Shown here: one piece after another, positions 36,811-50,000 of the stretch
Numbering within the stretch: the stretch's first letter is position 1
Layout of the letters: each line of letters opens with the position of its first letter
Assembly: GCA_964016885.1 (NCBI GenBank)
Contig: OZ024766.1
Coordinates: forward strand, 17,608,001 to 17,672,000
DNA from: Eledone cirrhosa
Lineage: Eukaryota
Length of the DNA stretch: 64,000 nucleotides
Reading direction: 5' to 3'
The notes under the pieces: generated by a model
Seen by the model: the letters and a program-made list of their open reading frames with translations, nothing else
Told to the model about the DNA's origin: nothing
The model's database searches: none
Position numbers and translations under genes: made by a program

Positions 36811-37821
36811 TCATCATCATCATCATCATCAATTGCATCATCACCGTTTTACGTCCGTTCTTCCACGCTAGCATGGGTTAGACGGGTTGTCCTGTTGTGG
36901 GCAGTGTCTGGTCGGCTGACCATGCCTTGCTCATACAGGAACTGATCTGGCTTGATTTCTACAGCTGGATGCCCTTCCTAACACCAACCTCATTTACAGT
37001 GAGTGCTGGCTGCTTTTTCGTGGCGCCTACATGTCCACTTTACAGTGTGGGCCGGGTGCTTTTTCGTGGCGCCTACACGTCCACTTTACAGTGTGGCTGG
37101 GTGCTTTTCCATGGCGCCTACACGTCCACTTTACAGTGTGGGCTGGGTGCTTTTCCATGGCGCCTACACGTCCACTTTACAGTGTGGGCTGGGTGCTTTT
37201 CCATGGCGCCTACACGTCCACTTTACAGTGTGGGCTGGGTGCTTTTCCGTGGCGCCTACACGTCCACTTTACAGTGTGGGCTGGGCCCTTTACCATGGCG
37301 CCTACACGTCCACTTTACAGTGTGGGCTGGGCCCTTTACCGTGGCGCCTACACGTCCACTTTACAGTGTGGGCTGGGTGCTTTTCCGTGGCGCCTACACG
37401 TCCACTTTACAGTGTGGGCTGGGTGCTTTTCCATGGCGCCTACACGTCCACTTTACAGTGTGGGCTGGGTGCTTTTTTGCCGTGGCACCTCCACGACCAC
37501 CTTACGGTGGGGGGTGTGGGGGCATATTGTCTATATGCTTCAGCTTGTACCCATGGGAGGTCGGGTACTCTGTATTACTGCGCGACGCCAGAGGTCACGG
37601 TCGTGTGTCATCGCCTTTGAGAGGTGTAATTGGGTAAGGTCGGCTTTTATCACCTCATCCCAGGTCATCTTGGGTCTCCCCACTCCGCGGTTTCCATCGA
37701 CTTCTAGTGCTCTGCACCTTTTTATGCAGCTGTCATCCTTCATACGCATCACATGTCCATACCAGCGCAACCGCCTCTCCTGCACACAGCATTTGATTCC
37801 TCTTATGCTCAGTCTCTCTCT
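36811..37821 (-). mobile_element. RTE LINE 3' fragment plus SINE-like tail with 49-bp minisatellite, inserted in VP
   Basis: ERRLRWYGHVMRMKDD...GNRGVGRPKMTW (37824-37540), CCACTTTACAGTGTGGGCTGGG repeats and a (GAT)n tail. Confidence 0.85.
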
Positions 37822-38084
37822 CAATTCATTTACGTAATGTATAAATATTCTAGAGAATTTTTTCGATACTATTGGACAGCGTGGAAAGATGGCTGTGTCT
37901 AACTCACTTTTGGCAACTCTTTATCCTCAGTGATGTCATCCAGGCGGAAGTGGCGTCACCAGGACCGGTCTGTGGCGCAGTGGTAAGGGACATCTTCTGT
38001 AGACAGTGTTTCACATTTTATCTTTTCACTCAACTTATTTTCTATAATTCTGGTCACGGTCGCCCCCCCCCCCCCCCCCCCCCA

Positions 38085-38320
38085 GCCACAAGCAGTACCC
38101 TCTGGTCAAGGACCCCCACCCCACAGTCACAAGCAGTACCCTCTGGTCAAGGACCCCAGTCACAAGCAGTACCCTCTGGTCAAGGACCCCACAGTCACAA
38201 GCAGTCCCCTCTGGCCAAGGACCCCACAGTCACAAGCAGTACCCTCTGGTCAAGGACCCCACAGTCACAAGCAGTACTCTCTGGTCAAGGTCCCCCCACC
38301 CCACCCCACCCAGTCACATA
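38085..38320. repeat. Short array of the same ~35-bp unit as 4218-11070
   Basis: GTCACAAGCAGTACCCTCTGGTCAAGGACCCC, about 6 copies. Confidence 0.9.
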
Positions 38321-38389
38321 CTGTGGCCCCAAGTGTTTCAGAACGTCTGCTTTACTGACTGACCTGAAGTACTTTCATGATCTATCCTT

Positions 38390-38810
38390 CAGATTCATTC
38401 CTCTGACCTCTACTACTTGATCCCTAATTGAGCCTCACCCTCTTCTTGGTCTTGATCCCAGATTCATTCCTTTGACCTCGTCAATAAGGTTGACCAGTTA
38501 CTACTTGATCCCTAATTGAGCCTCACCCTCTTCTTGGTCTTGATCCCAGATTCATTCCTCTGACCTCGTCAATAAGGTTGACCAGTTACTACTTGATCCC
38601 TAATTGAGCCTCACCCTCTTCTTGGTCTTGATCCCAGATTCATTCCTCTGACCTCGTCAATAAGGTTGATCAGTTACTACTTGATCCCTAATTGAGCCTC
38701 ACCCTCTTCTTGGTCTTGATCCCAGATTTATTCCTTTGACCTCGTCAATAAGGTTGATCAGTTATTACTTGATCCCTAATTGAGCCTCACTCTCTTCTTG
38801 GTCTTGATCC
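38390..38810. repeat. 88-bp tandem repeat (~5 copies)
   Basis: TACTACTTGATCCCTAATTGAGCC recurs at 38411, 38499 and onward. Confidence 0.9.
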
Positions 38811-39153
38811 AGAGGTTGAGGAAATATTTCACAGTAATTCTACGATAGATTTATATATACAGTGTTACACGAGTTCTGTTTAAAACGTTTTAGTCTTGAA
38901 ATGATGATAAATAGAAGAGATGTATTCAAGATTGAAAAATAAATTTATCCCAATGTCATCTGATATTCTGAAATAAGAAAGAAGTAGAGCGAGGGTTCTG
39001 AGGTTGTATGAATGTAACAAAACGAGACATGGTTTGTGTATATAATATTTAATTAACGGTAGATGGAATACTTGACATGTCAAAGATAGATGTTAGAATG
39101 AAACAAAGTTAGTAGTTACCGTTTTGATTGCCAGGCAAACGCGGCTGGCAGAG

Positions 39154-39291
39154 GGCGCCTGGCTAAGGCCAGGCGCCTGTTGGCCAAATTAATGGCAGAG
39201 CCAAATGAGAGGCTCTTCGACCTGGTGCCGAAAAGGCAAAGAGAGAGGGGAAGCTTAAAGTTGTTAGTTTTATAGGGCTCTGACCGGAAGT
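39154..39291 (-). promoter_or_regulatory. Putative viral promoter: TATAAAA with upstream ETS-like site and downstream GC hairpin
   Basis: Minus-strand TATAAAA at 39274-39268, CCGGAAGT at 39284-39291, hairpin GGCGCCTGGC-TAAG-GCCAGGCGCC at 39154-39177; oriented toward VP and NS1. Confidence 0.35.
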
Positions 39292-39499
39292 CGCAGAAAG
39301 GGTTCCACCTCCCGTCTAGATCCCAATCAAAACAAGGGAGACAACCGCTACAGAAGCAGTATGAGATAATAGAGAATACTTAAGAAGCAGAGATAGATTT
39401 AATGGTGGAAATTTTATATTTCTATATTGGTGAAATGTAGATATATATAACTTTGATATCAGAGGTAAATTATTTTTTGAAAGTGGTAAGTTTTCTTGA

Positions 39500-40615
39500 G
39501 GTAAACCTTATCACTGTGATGTCTGTGGTAAATCATTGTCTAAATGTTGTGGCTTCCCTACACACTAACATATACAGGAGAGGAACTATATCACTGTGGT
39601 AAATTATTGTTTAAATGTTGGCTTCACTAGACACTAACATATACAGGAGAGGAACCATATCACTGTGATGTCTGTGGTAAATCATTCTCTAAATGTTGTG
39701 GCTTCACTAGACACTAACATATACAGGAGAGGAACCATATCACTGTGATGTCTGTGGTAAATCATTCTCTAAATGTTGTGGCTTCACTAGACACTAACAT
39801 ATACAGGTGAGGAACTATATCACTGTGATGTCTGTGGTAAATAATTCTCTAAATGTTGTGGCTTCACTAGACACTAACATATACAGGAGAGGAACCATAT
39901 CACTGATGTCTGTGGTAAATAATTCTCTAAATGTTGTGGCTTCACTAGACACTAACATATACAGGAGAGGAACTATATCACTGTGATGTCTGTGGTAAAT
40001 CATTGTCTAAATGTTGTGGCTTCACTAGACACTAACATATACAGGAGAGGAACTATATCACTGTGATGTCTGTGGTAAATTATTGTTTAAATGTTGGCTT
40101 CACTACACACTAACATATACAGGTGAGGAACTATATCACTGTGATGTCTGTGGTAAATCATTGTTTAAATGTTGTGGCTTCACTAGACACTAACATATAC
40201 AGGAGAGGAACCATATCACTGTGATGTCTGTGGTAAATCATTGTTTAAATGTTGTGGCTTCACTAGACACTAACATATACAGGAGAGGAACTATATCACT
40301 GTGATGTCTGTGGTAAATCATTGTTTAAATGTTGTGGCTTCACTAGACACTAACATATACAGGAGAGGAACTATATCACTGTGATGTCTGTGGTAAATCA
40401 TTGTTTAAATGTTGACTTCCCTACACACTAACATATACAGGAGAGGAACTATATCACTGTGATGCTGTGATGTCTGTGGTAAATTATTGTTTAAATGTTG
40501 GCTTCACTACACACTAACACATACAGGTGAGGAACCATATCACTGTGATGTCTGTGGTAAATCATTCTCTAAATATTGTGGCTTCACTAGACACTAACAT
40601 ATACAGGAAAGGAAC
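39500..40615 (+). pseudogene. Decayed C2H2 zinc-finger unit amplified as an ~80-bp array (~14 copies)
   Basis: The unit translates PYHCDVCGKSFSKCCGFTRH*H..TGEEP. It is 80 bp rather than 84 bp and has a stop in each copy. Confidence 0.85.
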
Positions 40616-41313
40616 TGTAGCAAGACATGATAGTACTATTTTATCGCTGTGGCATAATTTATTCAAGCTTGGTGAGTAGCCAGCCCTGTAGGGTTGGTGA
40701 TGTATAAATACAAATGACCATTTCCGCCCAGCAGTAGAGCACACCTTATCCAAAACTAGCTAGTAGCTGTCTTTTGGGTGCTGGTAGTGCAACAGCTTGT
40801 AACTATCTTTCCACTGTTTTGATTTTTCTCTCTAACGTTGAGAATAGTTCGTTAGACGGCTTTTCAGAGATTTACCATTTATCTGACAACTTATTTTACC
40901 AAATATTCGACTGGAAGAAACATTATTATCCTTCCTACAACCAACTTTAATAGTGAGAAGAAATTAAGGATAAATTAGAGCCTGTCTCACTACATTCATA
41001 TCGCTAACATCTTCACAGAGAAAACCTTGCTACATATGCTTTGTACACTTGTTGAAACCAATCAGAAAAATAAATTATTTTTGTATAAAAACTACGTCTT
41101 ATAATTTTTCTTTAACTATTAGAACACCTCTCTTACAGCTTCATCATCCTAAAATGGCAATCTTGCTAAAAAAAAAAATGATAATGTCTTCTAAGGTGGT
41201 GACTTTCCAACATAGGGATATTTCTGTTGGAAATATTCCCTTAGAAAAAATATGAAATTTTTTTTGGTAGCAGGTTTGTGTTCAAGAAAGGAAGATTTGA
41301 AGTTAAGTTGACT

Positions 41314-41760
41314 ACATCATCATCATCACCATCATCATCGTTTAACGTCCATGTTCCACGCTTGCATGGGTTTGGACGGGGGTTTTCCCACTTGAGGCAA
41401 CAGTGGTTGTCTTGCTCGCATAGGAGTGTCTGGCAGGTTTTCTACAGCTGGATGCCCTTCCTCACACCAACCACATTTACAGTGTGGGGCTGGGAGTTTT
41501 TTACCGTGTTGCCTACACGGCCACATTACAGCGTGGACTGTGTGGCGGGTTTTCTACAGCTGGATGCCCTTCCTAACACCAACCACATTTACAGTGTGGG
41601 GCTGGGAGGTTTTTACCGTGTTGCCTACACGGCCACATTACAGCGTGGACTGTCTGGCGGGTTTTCTACAGCTGGATGCCCTTCCTAACACCAACCACAT
41701 TTACAGTGTGGGGCTGGGAGGTTTTTACCGTGTTGCCTACACGGTCACATTACAGCGTCA
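41314..41760 (-). mobile_element. SINE/RTE-tail-like fragment with ~119-bp triplication
   Basis: (CAT)n, TTTAACGTCC, and TTTCTACAGCTGGATGCCCTTCC three times. Confidence 0.7.
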
Positions 41761-41864
41761 TTAGTGAAAATTTTAATCTTGATTTGCTTTCGATTTGTGT
41801 TAGAAGAAATTTGAAAGGAAAATGAAACAAGTCGATGAGGATGTTCTTTTTATTGTTATACTGG

Positions 41865-42492
41865 TCATCATCAACATCATTTTACGTCTGCTTCTCCCTG
41901 CTTGCAAGGGTGGGGCGGGAACTGATTCTGGCTTGATTTCTACAGCTGGATGCCCTTCCTAACACCAACCTCATTTACAGTGAGGGCTGGGTGCTTTTTT
42001 TTGCCGTGGCACCTCCACGACCACTTTACAGTGAGTGCTGGGTGCTTTTTTTTTGCTGTGGCACCTCCACGACCACTTTACAGTGTGTGCTGGGTGCTTT
42101 TTTGCCGTGGCACCTCCACGACCACTTTACAGTGAGTGCTGGGTGCTTTTTTGCTGTGGCACCTCCACGACCACTTTACAGTGGGCTGGGTACTTTTTTG
42201 CCGTGGCGCCTCCACGACCACTTTACAGTGGGCTGGGTGCTTTTTTGCTGTGGCACCTCCACGACCACTCTACAGTGAGTGCTGGGTGCTTTTTTGCCGT
42301 GGCACCTCCACGACCACTTTGCAGTGGAATGATATCGAACCCAGTCCCTATCATCTCATTTCTACAGCTGAGTAAACTGGAGCAATGTGAAATAAAGTGT
42401 CTTGCTCAATGAAACAACACATCACCCGGTCTGAGAATTGAACTCACAACCTTTTGATTGCAAGGCCAATGCTCTAACCACTAAGCCATGTG
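41865..42492 (-). mobile_element. tRNA-derived SINE with expanded internal ~49-bp repeat
   Basis: Near-identical to 22031-22370 apart from the copy number of the internal unit. Confidence 0.9.
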
Positions 42493-42599
42493 ACACACTG
42501 GGGTTGATTTAATCAACTTTCCCCTCTCCCAAAATTGTTGGCCTTGTGCCTAAGGTTTTCTTTGTGGTGCAAAGAGTATTTGGAGTAACATTATTCAAT

Positions 42600-45500
42600 A
42601 AAGTCAGAGAGTCACTCCAGGTAGAGCTGCTACTTCTCTGAATTGAGAGATCACAGCTCTGATACTATGGACATGTGGTTAGAATGTCTCAGGTAAGAAT
42701 CACTGGAGAGTCACTCCAGGTAGAGCTGCTACTTCTCTGAGTTCAGAGATCACAGCTTTGATACTATGGACATGTGGTTAGAATGTCTCAGGAAAGAATC
42801 ACTGGAGAGTCACTCCAGGTAGAGCTGCTACTTCTCTGAATTGAGAGATCACAGCTCTGATACTATGGACATGTGGTTAGAATGTCTCAGGAAAGAATCA
42901 CTGGAGAGTCACTCCAGGTAGAGCTGCTACTTCTCTGAATTGAGAGATCACAGCTCTGATACTATGGACATGTGGTTAGAATGTCTCAGGAGAGAATCAC
43001 TGGAGAGTCACTCCAGGTAGAGCTGCTACTTCTCTGAGTTCAGAGATCACAGCTTTGATACTATGGACATGTGGTTAGAATGTCTCAGGAAAGAATCACT
43101 GGAGAGTCACTCCAGGTAGAGCTGCTACTTCTCTGAATTGAGAGATCACAGCTCTGATACTATGGACATGTGGTTAGAATGTCTCAGGAAAGAATCACTG
43201 GAGAGTCACTCCAGGTAGAGCTGCTACTTCTCTGAATTGAGAGATCACAGCTCTGATACTATGGACATGTGGTTAGAATGTCTCAGGAAAGAATCACTGG
43301 AGAGTCACTCCAGGTAGAGCTGCTACTTCTCTGAGTTCAGAGATCACAGCTTTGATACTATGGACATGTGGTTAGAATGTCTCAGGAAAGAATCACTGGA
43401 GAGTCACTCCAGGTAGAGCTGCTACTTCTCTGAATTGAGAGATCACAGCTCTGATACTATGGACATGTGGTTAGAATGTCTCAGGAAAGAATCACTGGAG
43501 AGTCACTCCAGGTAGAGCTGCTACTTCTCTGAATTGAGAGATCACAGCTCTGATACTATGGACATGTGGTTAGAATGTCTCAGGTAAGAATCACTGGAGA
43601 GTCACTCCAGGTAGAGCTGCTACTTCTCTGAGTTCAGAGATCACAGCTTTGATACTATGGACATGTGGTTAGAATGTCTCAGGAAAGAATCACTGGAGAG
43701 TCACTCCAGGTAGAGCTGCTACTTCTCTGAATTGAGAGATCACAGCTCTGATACTATGGACATGTGGTTAGAATGTCTCAGGAAAGAATCACTGGAGAGT
43801 CACTCCAGGTAGAGCTGCTACTTCTCTGAATTGAGAGATCACAGCTCTGATACTATGGACATGTGGTTAGAATGTCTCAGGAGAGAATCACTGGAGAGTC
43901 ACTCCAGGTAGAGCTGCTACTTCTCTGAATTGAGAGATCACAGCTCTGATACTATGGACATGTGGTTAGAATGTCTCAGGAAAGAATCACTGGAGAGTCA
44001 CTCCAGGTAGAGCTGCTACTTCTCTGAATTGAGAGATCACAGCTCTGATACTATGGACATGTGGTTAGAATGTCTCAGGAAAGAATCACTGGAGAGTCAC
44101 TCCAGGTAGAGCTGCTACTTCTCTGAATTGAGAGATCACAGCTCTGATACTATGGACATGTGGTTAGAATGTCTCAGGAAAGAATCACTGGAGAGTCACT
44201 CCAGGTAGAGCTGCTACTTCTCTGAATTGAGAGATCACAGCTCTGATACTATGGACATGTGGTTAGAATGTCTCAGGTAAGAATCTCTAGAGAGTCACTC
44301 CAGGTAGAGCTGCTACTTCTCTGAATTGAGAGATCACAGCTCTGATACTATGGACATGTGGTTAGAATGTCTCAGGTAAGAATCACTGGAGAGTCACTCC
44401 AGGTAGAGCTGCTACTTCTCTGAATTGAGAGACCACAGCTCTGATACTATGGACATGTGGTTAGAATGTCTCAGGAAAGAATCACTAGAGAGTCACTCCA
44501 GGTAGAGCTGCTACTTCTCTGAATTGAGAGATCACAGCTCTGATACTATGGACATGTGGTTAGAATGTCTCAGGAAAGAATCACTGGAGAGTCACTCCAG
44601 GTAGAGCTGCTACTTCTCTGAATTGAGAGATCACAGCTCTGATACTATGGACATGTGGTTAGAATGTCTCAGGAAAGAATCACTGGAGAGTCACTCCAGG
44701 TAGAGCTGCTACTTCTCTGAATTGAGAGATCACAGCTCTGATACTATGGACATGTGGTTAGAATGTCTCAGGAAAGAATCACTGGAGAGTCACTCCAGGT
44801 AGAGCTGCTACTTCTCTGAATTGAGAGATCACAGCTCTGATACTATGGACATGTGGTTAGAATGTCTCAGGTAAGAATCTCTAGAGAGTCACTCCAGGTA
44901 GAGCTGCTACTTCTCTGAATTGAGAGATCACAGCTCTGATACTATGGACATGTGGTTAGAATGTCTCAGGTAAGAATCACTGGAGAGTCACTCCAGGTAG
45001 AGCTGCTACTTCTCTGAATTGAGAGATCACAGCTCTGATACTATGGACATGTGGTTAGAATGTCTCAGGAAAGAATCACTGGAGAGTCACTCCAGGTAGA
45101 GCTGCTACTTCTCTGAATTGAGAGATCACAGCTCTGATACTATGGACATGTGGTTAGAATGTCTCAGGAAAGAATCACTGGAGAGTCACTCCAGGTAGAG
45201 CTGCTACTTCTCTGAATTGAGAGATCACAGCTCTGATACTATGGACATGTGGTTAGAATGTCTCAGGTAAGAATCTCTAGAGAGTCACTCCAGGTAGAGC
45301 TGCTACTTCTCTGAATTGAGAGATCACAGCTCTGATACTATGGACATGTGGTTAGAATGTCTCAGGTAAGAATCACTGGAGAGTCACTCCAGGTAGAGCT
45401 GCTACTTCTCTGAATTGAGAGACCACAGCTCTGATACTATGGACATGTGGTTAGAATGTCTCAGGAAAGAATCACTGGAGAGTCACTCCAGGTAGAGCTG

Positions 45501-46680
45501 CTACTTCTCTGAATTGAGAGATCACAGCTCTGATACTATGGACATGTGGTTAGAATGTCTCAGGAAAGAATCACTGGAGAGTCACTCCAGGTAGAGCTGC
45601 TACTTCTCTGAATTGAGAGATCACAGCTCTGATACTATGGACATGTGGTTAGAATGTCTCAGGTAAGAATCTCTAGAGAGTCACTCCCGGTAGAGCTGCT
45701 ACTTCTCTGAATTGAGAGATCACAGCTCTGATACTATGGACATGTGGTTAGAATGTCTCAGGTAAGAATCTCTAGAGAGTCACTCCCGGTAGAGCTGCTA
45801 CTTCTCTGAATTGAGAGATCACAGCTCTGATACTATGGACATGTGGTTAGAATGTCTCAGGTAAGAATCACTGGAGAGTCACTCCAGGTAGAGCTGCTAC
45901 TTCTCTGAATTGAGAGATCACAGCTCTGATACTATGGACATGTGGTTAGAATATCTCAGGAAAGAATCACTGGAGAGTCACTCCAGGTAGAGCTGCTACT
46001 TCTCTGAATTGAGAGATCACAGCTCTGATACTATGGACATGTGGTTAGAATGTCTCAGGTAAGAATCTCTAGAGAGTCACTCCAGGTAGAGCTGCTACTT
46101 CTCTGAATTGAGAGATCACAGCTCTGATACTATGGACATGTGGTTAGAATGTCTCAGGAAAGAATCACTAGAGAGTCACTCCAGGTAGAGCTGCTACTTC
46201 TCTGAATTGAGAGATCACAGCTCAGATACTATGGACATGTGGTTAGAATGTCTCAGGAAAGAATCACTGGAGAGTCACTCCAGGTAGAGCTGCTACTTCT
46301 CTGAATTGAGAGATCACAGCTCTGATACTATGGACATGTGGTTAGAATGTCTCAGGTAAGAATCTCTAGAGAGTCACTCCAGGTAGAGCTGCTACTTCTC
46401 TGAATTGAGAGATCACAGCTCTGATACTATGGACATGTGGTTAGAATGTCTCAGGTAAGAATCACGACATATTTTAGGGGTAAAACAAACCGGCAGGAGA
46501 CCCAGGGGGGAAGTCCCTGAACAAAATAGTTGGATAACATCCCTGGGCTTGGCCGGCCATACCTGGAGATCGAGCCGGATCAGATGGAGATGTGGGCTTC
46601 TAACAGGACCCACTGGTAGGAGAGTTTGAGAACTTTGCCACCACGATCCTCTCAGGAAGAAGTGGGTAAAGAAGACGGAG
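42600..46680 (+). repeat. 99-bp tandem array (~39 copies) amplified from an RTE LINE ORF2 C-terminus, followed by the unique LINE end
   Basis: Unit ESLQVELLLL*IERSQL*YYGHVVRMSQERITG (cf. RTE LLLRIERSQLRWxGHxxRM), continuing into GRRPRG...LPPR. Confidence 0.88.
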
Positions 46681-47078
46681 GAGGAAAGGGAGGTAAATGT
46701 TATAGTTTCCTCAACTGTATCTATTAAAAAGCCTGACTAGACATTTATTGTGTGTCAAATTCAGTCTCCCTGAGAACTATGTATCTTTGTGGAATGTTCA
46801 GCCACTTACACTGTAATACATAATGGACTAATGGCCAGTCTTGTCACATATTGTCATCATACTGAATCTCCCTGAGAACTATGGTAAGGTATCAGAAATA
46901 TATTATGTTAAGGTATTGTTCTGAAAATAAATAACATCAAAATCTCATAGATTCGATATTATGTGAGATAAAGTGTTTACCACGACCCCAACCCTTTAAA
47001 CCGGGCGTATACAGCCACTCATACTGATGTTATGTGTTTGTTCTCAAATAAATAATATCAAAATCTCAGATTCGATAT

Positions 47079-50000
47079 TATGTGAGATAATTATGTGAAA
47101 TAAAGTCTATACTGTGACAATACAATAGTATATATAGAGTAATGTAAATTTTATGTGAGGTAAAGCCTTTACTGTGACAATACAATAGTATATATAGAGT
47201 AATGTAAATGTTATGTGAGGTAAAGCCTTTACTGTGACAATACAATAGTATATATAGAGTAATGTAAATGTTATGTGAGGTATTATGTGAGGTAAAGCCT
47301 TTACTGTGACAATACAATAGTATATATAGAGTAATGTAAATGTTATGTGAGGTATTATGTGAGGTAAAGCCTTTACTGTGACAATACAATAGTATATATA
47401 GAGTAATGTAAATGTTATGTGAGGTAAAGCCTTTACTGTGACAATACAATAGTATATATAGAGTAATGTAAATGTTATGTGAGATAATTATGTGAAATAA
47501 AGTCTATACTGTGACAATACAATAGTATATATAGAGTAATGTAGATGTTATGTGAGATATTATGTAAGGTAAAGCCTTTACTGTGACAATACAATAGTAT
47601 ATATAGAGTAATGTAAATGTTATGTGAGATATTATGTGAGGTAAAGCCTTTACTGTGACAATACAATAGTATATATAGAGTAATGTAAATGTTATGTGAG
47701 ATATGTGAGGTAAAGCCTTTACTGTGACAATACAATAGTATATATAGAGTAATGTAAATGTTATGTGAGGTATTATGTGAGGTAAAGCCTTTACTGTGAC
47801 AATACAATAGTATATATAGAGTAATGTAAATGTTATGTGAGATATTATGTGAGGTAAAGCCTTTACTGTGACAATACAATAGTATATATAGAGTAATGTA
47901 AATGTTATGTGAGATATTATATGAGGTAAAGCCTTTACTGTGACAATACAATAGTATATATAGAGTAATGTAAATGTTATGTGAGATATTATGTGAGGTA
48001 AAGCCTTTACTGTGACAATACAATAGTATATATAGAGAAATGTAAATATTATGTGAGGTATTATGTGAGGTAAAGCCTTTACTGTGACAATACAATAGTA
48101 TATATAGAGTAATGTAAATGTTGTGTGAGATATTATGTGAGGTAAAGCCTTTACTGTGACAATACAATAGTATATATAGAGTAGTGTAAATGTTATGTGA
48201 GATATTATGTGAGGTAAAGCCTTTACTGTGACAATATAATAGTATATATAGAGTAATGTAAATGTTATGTGAGGTAAAGCCTTTACTGTGACAATACAAT
48301 AGTATATATAGAGTAATGTAAATATTATGTGAGGTATTATGTGAGGTAAAGCCTTTACTGTGACAATACAATAGTATATATAGAGTAATGTAAATGTTAT
48401 GTGAGGTAAAGCCTTTACTGTGACAATACAATAGTATATATAGAGTAATGTAAATATTATGTGAGGTAAAGCCTTTACTGTGACAATACAATAGTATATA
48501 TAGAGTAATGTAAATGTTGTGTGAGATATTATGTGAGGTAAAGCCTTTACTGTGACAATACAATAGTATATATAGAGTAGTGTAAATGTTATTTGAGGTA
48601 AAGCCTTTACTGTGACAATACAATAGTATATATAGAGTAATGTAAATGTTATGTGAGGTAAAGCCTTTACTGTGACAATACAATAGTATATATAGAGTAA
48701 TGTAAATGTTATGTGAGGTAAAACCTTTACTGTGACAATACAATAGTATATATAGAGTAATGTAAATGTTATGTGAGGTATTATGTGAGGTAAAGCCTTT
48801 ACTGTGACAATACAATAGTATATATAGAGTAATGTAAATGTTGTGTGAGATATTATGTGAGGTAAAGCCTTTACTGTGACAATACAATAGTATATATAGA
48901 GTAGTGTAAATGTTATGTGAGGTAAAGCCTTTACTGTGACAATACAATAGTATATATAGAGTAATGTAAATGTTATGTGAGGTAAAGCCTTTACTGTGAC
49001 AATACAATAGTATATATAGAGTAAAGTAAATGTTATGTGAGATATTATGTGAGGTAAAGCCTTTACTGTGACAATACAATAGTATATATAGAGTAATGTA
49101 AATATTATGTGAGGTATTATGTGAGGTAAAGCCTTTACTGTGACAATACAATAGTATATATAGAGTAATGTAAATGTTGTGTGAGGTAAAGCCTTTACTG
49201 TGACAATACAATAGTATATATAGAGTAGTGTAAATGTTATGTGAGGTAAAGCCTTTACTGTGACAATACAATAGTATATATAGAGTAATGTAAATGTTAT
49301 GTGAGATATTATGTGAGGTAAAGCCTTTACTGTGACAATACAATAGTATATATAGAGTAATGTAAATGTTATGTGAGGTAAAACTTTACTGTGACAATAC
49401 AATAGTATATATAGAGTAATGTAAATGTTATGTGAGGTATTATTTGAGGTAAAGCCTTTACTGTGACAATACAATAGTATATATAGAGTAATGTAAATGT
49501 TATGTGAGATATTATGTGAGGTAAAGCCTTTACTGTGACAATACAATAGTATATATAGAGTAATGTAAATGCTATGTGAGGTAAAGCCTTTACTGTGACA
49601 ATACAATAGTATATATAGAGTAATGTAAATGTTATGTAAGGTAAAGCCTTTACTGTGACAATACAATAGTATATATAGAGTAATGTAAATGTTATGTGAG
49701 ATATTACGTGAGGTAAAGCCTTTACTGTGACAATACAATAGTATATATAGAGTAATGTAAATGCTATGTGAGGTATTATGTGAGGTAAAGCCTTTACTGT
49801 GACAATACAATAGTATATATAGAGTTATGTAAATGGTATGTGAGCTATTATGTGAGGTAAAGCCTTTACTGTGACAATACAATAGTATATATAGAGTAAT
49901 GTAAATGTTATGTGAGATATTATGTGAGGTAAAGCCTTTACTGTGACAATACAATAGTATATATAGAGTAATGTAAATGTTATGTGAGATATTATGTGAG

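Larger units (their letters stand above)
33702..37995 (-). pseudogene. VP: Parvovirus-like capsid (VP) gene fragmented by three insertions and an internal tandem expansion; no PLA2 seen
   Basis: Successive jelly-roll-like motifs KKFSRIFIHYV, IPYTELKASMT.AE...FRVKACGYKISNIIPL, NTRPWVIHYVDNKYALFP, FLYAGD..YTW, NPPPI...VPI, ISFMITITYHSEVDFE. The frame is restored exactly across the LTR and SINE TSDs. The 5' limit is uncertain. Confidence 0.78.
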
